In this document: piece after piece, positions 42,962 to 50,625 of the stretch | Numbering within the stretch: the stretch's first letter is position 1 | Layout of the letters: each line of letters begins with the position of its first letter | Assembly (NCBI GenBank): GCA_018660415.1 | Contig: JABJKG010000013.1 | Coordinates: 193,874-257,873 of the forward strand | Source: a bacterium | GTDB lineage: Bacteria; Babelota; Babeliae; Babelales; UBA12409 | Direction of reading: 5' to 3' | DNA: 64,000 nt | The notes under the pieces: generated by a model | The model's database searches: none | Told to the model about the DNA's origin: nothing | Seen by the model: only the letters and a program-made list of their open reading frames with translations | Translations under genes and position numbers: made by a program

Positions 42962-44398
42962 TTAGAATGCTGCGCCAACTTTTGCCCACCAACCCCAATT
43001 AGATAAAGTACAGTTTTTATGAGCATATTCGAACAGGCCACCAACGTACGCAAATGCATTAACACGCTTGCCTTTTCCTGCAATGCCAACAGTTCCTTGG
43101 AAGATCTGAGAAATGGTAGCACGTGCTGCACCTGACTTAAGATCTAAATCATTTGCAGTAATAGGTGTAAAGGTTGCATCGTTATCAGCTTGGAACCTAA
43201 TTGTACTAGCACTTGCAGTATTACCAACCTGTACATTATCAGGAGAGAGAGTCGTACTTCCTGTTCCAGCAATCCCGTACTCTTCCTTCCATTTATGCTT
43301 GAGTTGTAACCGCTCATCGCCATGTGTCCAACAACCATAAGATAATTCTGCATCTAAACAACGATACGTTATTCGAATACCCGTTGCTGCATTAACAAGG
43401 TTATAGGCATGGACTTTACATTTGGGAGTTAAAGCATTAATACCGGGAAGGTTAACCAACCCGTTGGTTTTATTAACTTGAACGTAACGACTCCATGGTT
43501 TATTACAAAGATCGACGCTTCTAAATTGATCTCGTTCAAATAAGAACACACTTACAGCATCTAAAAATACAGTTACCAATGCTTCACTGTTGCACGGGCT
43601 GACTGGCATTTGGATGTTAACCTGGTTTCCCCAACCGTAGTGACCATTAAATCCACGATATGCTTCAAAAATGTTAGTAGGGCAGTTACTTCCTTCTCCA
43701 GGGATGGATATGAAAGTAGAAAAATCAAACTGCCAATCTGGATAGTCTATAAATCTGGTTCCAAAAGTGAAGCGGGTTTCCCCAAGTCCACAACTTTCTG
43801 TAGTGTCATTAAACTTACCGAATTCCCAACTTTCTTGTGTAAGAGCTTGTTGTATGGTTCCTGGGTTGGTGGTGTAGGTTTCTGCTATTGATTGAGCAAA
43901 ATGAATGTTATTTTTGACTTCGTTATAATTGGTCGTAAACCCAATCCACATATTTTTAAAGAAGCACCACTTTAAAACATTTTTTAAGCCGAGCTTATAA
44001 TCTATGATCGCGCCCTGTTGTTTTTGTTTTGGCTTCATTGTGAATGAACCATCAAAATCACTCGGTAATCCTAGCCATTCTGCCCGAATATCACGGTTGG
44101 TTGCATTAGAATTGATAGCATCATCACCCTTAACGGTCATATCAGTTTTACCATCAATGAAAAAATAGGTGACATTTCTTCGGTGTTTGATCGTGTGTTG
44201 TCCGTAGGCAATAATTTGTAGAGCATTGCTCGTACAGTCTTGTCCAAATGCATACGTGTGCCAGCCGGCCTGTTGAGCTTCGATATTGAAAAATCCTGGT
44301 CGAGTAAACATGAAGGATTGAGAATATCTATTTTCAAAAGCCGAAAGAGACGGTACGCAGACAAGGAAAAACAGCAACTTATAAATGTAACGTTTCAT
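42962..44398 (-). CDS. Putative outer-membrane beta-barrel porin, Cys-rich
   Basis: Signal peptide MKRYIYKLLFFLVCVPSLSA, an aromatic-rich alternating pattern, C-terminal WWAKVGAAF with a terminal Phe, and about ten Cys in the mature part. Confidence 0.55.
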   Translation of the reverse strand: MKRYIYKLLFFLVCVPSLSAFENRYSQSFMFTRPGFFNIEAQQAGWHTYAFGQDCTSNALQIIAYGQHTIKHRRNVTYFFIDGKTDMTVKGDDAINSNATNRDIRAEWLGLPSDFDGSFTMKPKQKQQGAIIDYKLGLKNVLKWCFFKNMWIGFTTNYNEVKNNIHFAQSIAETYTTNPGTIQQALTQESWEFGKFNDTTESCGLGETRFTFGTRFIDYPDWQFDFSTFISIPGEGSNCPTNIFEAYRGFNGHYGWGNQVNIQMPVSPCNSEALVTVFLDAVSVFLFERDQFRSVDLCNKPWSRYVQVNKTNGLVNLPGINALTPKCKVHAYNLVNAATGIRITYRCLDAELSYGCWTHGDERLQLKHKWKEEYGIAGTGSTTLSPDNVQVGNTASASTIRFQADNDATFTPITANDLDLKSGAARATISQIFQGTVGIAGKGKRVNAFAYVGGLFEYAHKNCTLSNWGWWAKVGAAF

Positions 44399-44505
44399 TA
44401 CGGACGTCCTTTTACATATAATTTATTTACGCAGTATAGCATATACAAGTGAAATGCAATACGTGTTGAGATTATGACAGGTTTTAACGAAAGACAAGTT
44501 TTCTT

Positions 44506-44946
44506 ATGACGAAATTTATATTTTCTGTACTTCTACTCTTCTCTTTGGATATGCACTCACTTGAATATAAGGACTATAACATTAATTTCCAAGATGTGGG
44601 TAAAAAAGTTTTAGTTTGGGCCAAGAGTGACCAGCCATTTTTAGAAAAATGCAGCCAAGTAATACATATGTATGGTGATAACGCGGGATTAGTCTTTAAA
44701 TTTCTTGGTGAAATTTTATTAAAATATGAAAGCCCTGATGAAAATATAAAAGGCATTTTAGGACAATGTGGAAGCTTCATGTGTTCGCATGGTGAATACT
44801 TAAAAAATAAAGCCCCAGCATGGCAGCTCATGGTCCACGCATATATAATGACGAGACTAACGCAAGAAACCTTGCGCTATGTTCGAAAGATTAGTCATAT
44901 AGTGCTTAAGCGTCCTGATCAGTCAGCATGGCATACGGATTGGTAG
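44506..44946 (+). CDS. Small secreted hypothetical protein
   Basis: Signal peptide MTKFIFSVLLLFSLDMHS. Its 3' end overlaps the convergent 44906 gene by 41 nt. Confidence 0.45.
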   Translation: MTKFIFSVLLLFSLDMHSLEYKDYNINFQDVGKKVLVWAKSDQPFLEKCSQVIHMYGDNAGLVFKFLGEILLKYESPDENIKGILGQCGSFMCSHGEYLKNKAPAWQLMVHAYIMTRLTQETLRYVRKISHIVLKRPDQSAWHTDW

Positions 44947-45643
44947 TATGAACATGAGGAACCGGTGTTCCCCGTCGTGTTCTGGAAGATCGGGGGCCCC
45001 GATAACCACCACAGCCATGGTTTTCTAGTTCTTGTTTACGTTTTTCTCCTGGTGATGGTGGTCCTGTAGGTTTTTCACTTCCTTCCAGCGGAGGCATACT
45101 TTGTTGTTCATATTCTTTTTCTTTTCTTATTGCACGTTGAGCTCTTTTTAAGAGGTGTTGTTGGTTTCGAACGAAACTACGGAGTAAATCTGTTGGTGAA
45201 GGAAGATATTTTCCTGTTTTTATTCCATTATATAAAAGTGGGTATTGGTTTCCTAAGCTTTTTTCAAAGCCCCATTCATAGGCATACATACAAAATCCAT
45301 CAGTAGGATTTTTAAGGCCGACTGAAGAGTTTGAATGGAGATCTGCTTCTGCTTTACGAAACAATCTATTGAGACGTAATGTTTGTGCATCTTGCACTGT
45401 TACTCCCCATTCTTCATTGATCATTTGACCACTTAAAACTTCTGCTGAGGCTTTATTAGCTATAGCCCATAGCGGCGCCCATTCTTGGGCTGTCGGAAGA
45501 CTAATCGGAGACGGCCCTTTTTCTGTTATTGCTGCCAATTTTGAATGTAATGCTTGCCAGTTAGCTAATCCTGTATATCCAGGGTTGGGAAGTATGAGTG
45601 AAGATTGAATGAGTAACGATCCAAGCAGGTATAATTTTTTCAT
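44906..45643 (-). CDS. Secreted protein, paralog family E, with basic/Pro-rich C-terminal tail
   Basis: LANWQALHSKLAAI...LPTAQEWAPLWAI...GFCMYAYEWGFEKSLG aligns with LKDWNAKHTKLTTI...FPTAKEWTSYWPI...GFCRYTYELESEKGYG of the next ORF. Confidence 0.55.
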   Translation of the reverse strand: MKKLYLLGSLLIQSSLILPNPGYTGLANWQALHSKLAAITEKGPSPISLPTAQEWAPLWAIANKASAEVLSGQMINEEWGVTVQDAQTLRLNRLFRKAEADLHSNSSVGLKNPTDGFCMYAYEWGFEKSLGNQYPLLYNGIKTGKYLPSPTDLLRSFVRNQQHLLKRAQRAIRKEKEYEQQSMPPLEGSEKPTGPPSPGEKRKQELENHGCGGYRGPRSSRTRRGTPVPHVHTTNPYAMLTDQDA

Positions 45644-45665
45644 TGGGGAGATATTTCCTTAACTT

Positions 45666-46241
45666 TTAATTGATATCAATAACGTGCTGGTCAAGAACGC
45701 ATGTAGGAGACTTTGGTTGACAGTTGAGATAAGTCATTAAGATTTCTTCTGGTAATGGAAGGGGAGTGCATACTTGACTGTTTTTATATACTCTAAGAAC
45801 TGTACTTCCATATCCTTTTTCACTTTCAAGTTCATAGGTATAACGGCAAAAACCTAGCCATTTTATAGTGGGAGGATGAGGTTTATTAGAGGGGGTTTCT
45901 TCTTTAATATAATGATAAACAGTGTTGCTTGGGCTTGTAAACTCTCGTTTTGCTAGCATATATAAATTATTAATTCGTAGTTTGCGACCTCTGTCTGTCC
46001 GACCGTCTTGTGGGTCCTGCTCTTCAAGATGCATGTTCTTGCTATCATCACTGACAGCGTCACAGAGAAATATGGGCCAATAGCTTGTCCACTCTTTTGC
46101 TGTAGGGAAGTTTTCTAGTTTTGTTTTTCCTAAGATTGTTGTAAGTTTTGTATGTTTTGCATTCCAGTCCTTCAAGCTCATTGGGCTGATGACCAGAGTA
46201 TGTAAGAGTAAAAAACTCGAAACTATTAATATTTTTTTCAT
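45666..46241 (-). CDS. Secreted protein, paralog family E
   Basis: The start at MKKILIVSSFLLLHTLVISP (46239-46241) is preferred over the track start at 46316. Confidence 0.55.
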   Translation of the reverse strand: MKKILIVSSFLLLHTLVISPMSLKDWNAKHTKLTTILGKTKLENFPTAKEWTSYWPIFLCDAVSDDSKNMHLEEQDPQDGRTDRGRKLRINNLYMLAKREFTSPSNTVYHYIKEETPSNKPHPPTIKWLGFCRYTYELESEKGYGSTVLRVYKNSQVCTPLPLPEEILMTYLNCQPKSPTCVLDQHVIDIN

Positions 46242-46342
46242 AAAATCCATCCATTTATTAGAGATAACCCATCCATTATTAATACTAATTGTAAGGTTTT
46301 GTTGGCTGATTGTCAAAAGACGATATGGTTGATAAATCAGTA

Positions 46343-47536
46343 TTAACGGAGACTTTCAGGGTATAAAAAACTAAAACAGAGGAGTTTGTTCATGAGAGAG
46401 CGCGCAATGGTGGTAGTATAGAATGTCTGCATCCAAAGAAGTCGTACACTTTTTTGTAAAAGCGAGGTGGGTGAATGGTATTTAGGGGGTGGTGGCGGTG
46501 GTGCTATACAGTCTTTAAATGGGTGTTCTTGTTCATATATCGCCTCGGCCAGTACGTTATGCAGGGAGGGGTCACAGACTTGCATAAGAGAGAAGTTGTT
46601 ACGATCATTGTGTTGCCATCGTGCGCCAGCCTTAAGTAAGAGATATATTAGTGTGGTGCGATTATCTAGATTGAATGGTGTATTTCCAGAGGGGCGACGT
46701 GTGGCTACAAACAATGGAGTATATCCAGCCATCCTTTCTACGGTGTTGGGTTTGGCATCGCAGGTATTGAGTAGCCAATCTACAGTCGTAGTTCGTTCGT
46801 ATAATGTTGCCTGGAATAACGGGGTCCACCCAAAATCTCCTGGTGTATCAGCGGTAAGACCGTGAGCTTCAGCATACCCTGTCATTTCATTTGGTGTTGC
46901 GAAAGCAGCCATACTAATAAGCTTATTTGCATAATCCAAAGGAGAGTGCATATATTCATTTAAGTATGGATGCAATGCAGGTACCGCATAGCCATGAGTA
47001 GTGATTCCATATTGGTTAACATGGAGGATGTCTGCCCCACCTTCCAAAAGGGCTTGAATAGTTAGAAGTTGAGAGGTGTTGCTAATAGGGTGATGGTATG
47101 GTTCTTCTGCATTCATACTACGTTTTACGGGAGACGGCGGTTGGTGGTGTACAGCGAACATCAGTGCCGTAGATCCCTCTTTATTTACCGCATCGGGGCG
47201 AGCGCCTTCGGACAGAAGCCATTTAACGACATCACTTCTATGTAGGCGTGCAGCTTCCATTAATGGACTTATTCCACTTTCATCTATTTGATTTGCATTA
47301 ATTCCATGCATTCTAAATGTGTTTTGAATTTCTCCTAAGGGTGCACATCTAATTAAACCAACGGCTTGGTGAGTAAAGTCATAGGTGGCTCGCTTAATTT
47401 TTTTTGCATGTAGAACCCGTTTTTGATGCAAAGAAGAACCAACCAGAGGGCCTGATTGATTGGGAGCTCCACGAAGTGTGGAACAAAGATGCATGAAAAT
47501 GAGTATTATAAGTCTATAATTTTTTATTTTCATCAT
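46343..47536 (-). CDS. Ankyrin-repeat protein with signal peptide
   Basis: ANK repeats: GISPLMEAARLHRSDVVKWLLSEGARPDAVNKEGSTALMFAV, GWTPLFQATLYERTTTVDWLL, and GYTPLFVATRR...LLLKAGA. A PPPPPP tract lies near the C-terminus. Confidence 0.85.
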   Translation of the reverse strand: MMKIKNYRLIILIFMHLCSTLRGAPNQSGPLVGSSLHQKRVLHAKKIKRATYDFTHQAVGLIRCAPLGEIQNTFRMHGINANQIDESGISPLMEAARLHRSDVVKWLLSEGARPDAVNKEGSTALMFAVHHQPPSPVKRSMNAEEPYHHPISNTSQLLTIQALLEGGADILHVNQYGITTHGYAVPALHPYLNEYMHSPLDYANKLISMAAFATPNEMTGYAEAHGLTADTPGDFGWTPLFQATLYERTTTVDWLLNTCDAKPNTVERMAGYTPLFVATRRPSGNTPFNLDNRTTLIYLLLKAGARWQHNDRNNFSLMQVCDPSLHNVLAEAIYEQEHPFKDCIAPPPPPPKYHSPTSLLQKSVRLLWMQTFYTTTIARSLMNKLLCFSFLYPESLR

Positions 47537-47663
47537 AGAAATAGTTAATCGTATATTTACTCTCGAAAGTCAACAGTAATACCATTCTTTTAATGTAAGA
47601 TAGAATGATAGGAGTTTTTTGCAATAACTTTCTAGAATCAATTTGATTATGCGGAACTATTTT

Positions 47664-48527
47664 TTAATTACCGTAGACGATTTTTGATATGGCGAGTGCC
47701 AGTTCTTTTGCTTCTGCTAGTGGGTATTGATACAAATTTCTTCCAACAGCTATGCCGCCGGTGTGGCCCAAGGTAATTTGGTCGCTGGTGGCCTTGAGAA
47801 AGTTTTTTGGATCCACTCGTTTACCACCGGAGCAGATTATTTTTGTGTTCCCAGCAGCTTGGACGGCGATTTGTAATGCTTGACCAATGTTTTGTGCTTT
47901 TGGGACTTTCAGCTTTACAAAGTCAGCACCCAGCGCGTTAGCAACACCAGCACCGCCGGCAATTAAGGCTGGGTCTTGATCGTTTTTAATGGTTGCGCCG
48001 CGTGGATACATCCAAATAACAGCAACCATTCCATGCTGATGTGCCGTTAGGATCGCTTGTGCGGCTTCACGTAACATGATGCCTTCAAACTCACTGCCAA
48101 GGTAGATAGTATATCCAATGCCGCGAATGTTGAGCTTGGATTCTTGTTTAAAGCGTGCGACTTGCTCAACTGACCACATTTGTCTGCTGATAGGATCGTT
48201 ATGTGGGGCCGGTGTTAAATAGGTTTTACTATTGAGCTTTATTAAATAGTTAACATCGGAAAACTGTTTTCCGTAGCGTGCGACAAGACCGAGTTGAGTA
48301 GCAAATACACCGATATCACCAGCAGCAGCAATTTGAAATAAATGTTCAGGAAAATTAACCGTTGGCGGTAGGTCTTTACCATGAAAGTTTTCGTTAAGGT
48401 GTTCTATTTTTTGATCACCAGCAAACAAGAACAATTTTTCTGTCCCTTTGGTAATCGCGGTATAATTTTCTACAAACTCCTGTTCTTTTGCCTTGGGAAC
48501 ATCAGCAGGAATAAAAACATTGGACAT
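47664..48527 (-). CDS. Class I fructose-bisphosphate aldolase (DhnA/FbaB, archaeal-type; DeoC/LacD superfamily)
   Basis: The length, the GADFVKLKVP Schiff-base lysine region and GGIAVGRN are typical of this family. Confidence 0.75.
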   Translation of the reverse strand: MSNVFIPADVPKAKEQEFVENYTAITKGTEKLFLFAGDQKIEHLNENFHGKDLPPTVNFPEHLFQIAAAGDIGVFATQLGLVARYGKQFSDVNYLIKLNSKTYLTPAPHNDPISRQMWSVEQVARFKQESKLNIRGIGYTIYLGSEFEGIMLREAAQAILTAHQHGMVAVIWMYPRGATIKNDQDPALIAGGAGVANALGADFVKLKVPKAQNIGQALQIAVQAAGNTKIICSGGKRVDPKNFLKATSDQITLGHTGGIAVGRNLYQYPLAEAKELALAISKIVYGN

Positions 48528-48608
48528 AATATTCTTTCATCTTTTTCTATAATTTTTTAATAGCTTATACCGCTTAGGATGCCTTTGTCGAGCTCATAAT
48601 TGCTTTAC

Positions 48609-50237
48609 TTACAAGATTTTATCATGAATAAGCATTTTTTCTGCAACACGTTCAAAGAGTGGTACTGCTACACTCGCTGCAAACAAGTTATGTCGAGGAG
48701 AATTTTTGACACTCGTAATAATTATACGCTTATAGTTTCCTTTTTCCACAATACCGCAAAATGTATAAATGCTTTTTGTTGCACAGTATTTGCCATTAAC
48801 GATAAGGTTTGCTGTTCCAGTTTTCCCAAGGACATTATAACCCTTGATTTTACCGCGTCGTGCGGTTCCTTTATCAACCGTGTTATGCAAAATTTCACGC
48901 ATAGCATCAACTGAAGGCTGGCTATACAGTGGCTCACTCATAACAACAGCTTGTTGATCATCAATAAGCTTTGGTGTTACTAAGCAGCCGTTATTCGTAA
49001 ATACCGACATTGCACGCGCAAGTTGTAGCAATGAGCTAGATATTTCATAACCAAATGAGAGCGAAATAATAGAACGTCGAGACCATTTATTGGGTGGGGT
49101 AATATATCCCGCTTGTTCTCCTGGTAAATTAACTCCAGTTTTAAATCCAAAGCCCACCTTGCGGTAATGATCGTATAATGCTGGCCCTAATCGTTGTGCA
49201 ACCTTGACGACACCAATGTTATTAGATTGTTCAATAACTTCTGAAAATGGAATAATATCGTTAGCCTTCCAAGTGGAGACTTTATAACCGCGCAAAAAAG
49301 CTTCCTTACTATTTTCGCAATCGATTAATTCATCGGGTGTCACCAGGTCTTCTTCTATGGCTGCAAGTGCCATAAAAATTTTTATAACAGATCCGAGTTC
49401 ATAACATTCTGTTAAGGTTCTATTTTTTGTTGTACTGATATCGACATGATGCATATCGTTAGGATTAAATCGTGGTTGATGACACATTGCTTCAATATGA
49501 CCGTTAGCAGGATCGAGAATTATAACGCCTCCCTCTTCAGCCTTAAACTTGGATACAATTTCTTCAAGCTGTTCATCTACTAAGTATTGTAACTCACTAT
49601 CGATAGTGAGCTTAATTGTTTGACCGTGGCTTCCCGCCTTTTGTACTTCTTTATTAAAATAAAAACGGTTAGAGCGAGCATCTTTTTCTATCATACAATG
49701 GGTGGGTTTTCCAGCTAATGCGTCATTATAGGAAGCCTCAATCCCGAGTAATCCTTTATTATCAATATCAGTAACGCCAACCAATGACCCCATAGACTCG
49801 ACTGGATAAAAACGGCACCGTTCTTTCAATAGCTTGATGTCTTTAATGCCCGACTGTTCAATAATATTGATTTCCTCATCCGAGAGTCTTCTTTTAATAA
49901 ATATAAAATGCTGACCGGTGTTTTGAAGGCGTTTAAGACTTTCTGGATAATGCTCAGCAAGAAAAGATTCTATAGCTTTCATATCTTTAACCTGTTTTGG
50001 CAAAATAAAGGCTGCTGTGCACTCGGCGTTGATCGCGAGAGGTTTATCCGTTTTATCTAAAATCTTGCCACGTGAGGGATATATGATTCGTTCTACGTGA
50101 TATTGTCGTTGGGCTTTATCTGTAAAGAATTGGTGTTGAATAATTTGGATACCAAAGAATGTGATCAAGATGATAACGTACATCAAGATTAATATTAAAA
50201 AGATAAACGAAGAACGAGCCTTACTATATCCATTCAT
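48609..50237 (-). CDS. ftsI: Penicillin-binding protein, class B transpeptidase (FtsI/PBP3-like)
   Basis: N-terminal TM anchor; SxxK (GSVIK), SxN (QSNNIG) and KTG (GKTGTA) motifs. It lies directly downstream of an FtsL-like gene. Confidence 0.85.
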   Translation of the reverse strand: MNGYSKARSSFIFLILILMYVIILITFFGIQIIQHQFFTDKAQRQYHVERIIYPSRGKILDKTDKPLAINAECTAAFILPKQVKDMKAIESFLAEHYPESLKRLQNTGQHFIFIKRRLSDEEINIIEQSGIKDIKLLKERCRFYPVESMGSLVGVTDIDNKGLLGIEASYNDALAGKPTHCMIEKDARSNRFYFNKEVQKAGSHGQTIKLTIDSELQYLVDEQLEEIVSKFKAEEGGVIILDPANGHIEAMCHQPRFNPNDMHHVDISTTKNRTLTECYELGSVIKIFMALAAIEEDLVTPDELIDCENSKEAFLRGYKVSTWKANDIIPFSEVIEQSNNIGVVKVAQRLGPALYDHYRKVGFGFKTGVNLPGEQAGYITPPNKWSRRSIISLSFGYEISSSLLQLARAMSVFTNNGCLVTPKLIDDQQAVVMSEPLYSQPSVDAMREILHNTVDKGTARRGKIKGYNVLGKTGTANLIVNGKYCATKSIYTFCGIVEKGNYKRIIITSVKNSPRHNLFAASVAVPLFERVAEKMLIHDKIL

Positions 50238-50239
50238 TA

Positions 50240-50515
50240 TTACTTTGTGTCCATTTCTATTTTACGAATTCTTTTTAAGGGCAAGTTTTCCATGCCGAGA
50301 TTTTTTTTAGCATACTCTTTGACGTGGTTAGGATTTTGCATCTTATAGAGTTCTTGTGTCAGTTCTTCTTTTTTTGTTTCAAGGAGTTCAAGCTCTTTTT
50401 CAAGCTTTTGATTCGTGTAAGAGTGTTTTATAAAAATGTTTTGTTTATAAATAATCAAGAACACAATAGCAATATTGATGGTAATAAATAAGACTAAAAA
50501 ACCGTTCTTTTTCAT
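50240..50515 (-). CDS. ftsL: FtsL-like bitopic cell-division protein
   Basis: 91 aa from the ATG at 50513-50515: TM segment GFLVLFITINIAIVFLIIY, then a leucine-zipper-like LEKELELLETKKEELTQEL. Synteny with ftsI supports the call. Confidence 0.55.
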   Translation of the reverse strand: MKKNGFLVLFITINIAIVFLIIYKQNIFIKHSYTNQKLEKELELLETKKEELTQELYKMQNPNHVKEYAKKNLGMENLPLKRIRKIEMDTK

Positions 50516-50625
50516 GAAACAACTCCCTCCTGAGATTTTTCTTTCTACTCTACTTTTTTTGAGTATAAAAGAGAAGGACTTTCTTTTGAAAGCCCTTCTG
50601 GAAATTGTAACACTAAAATATGTTT

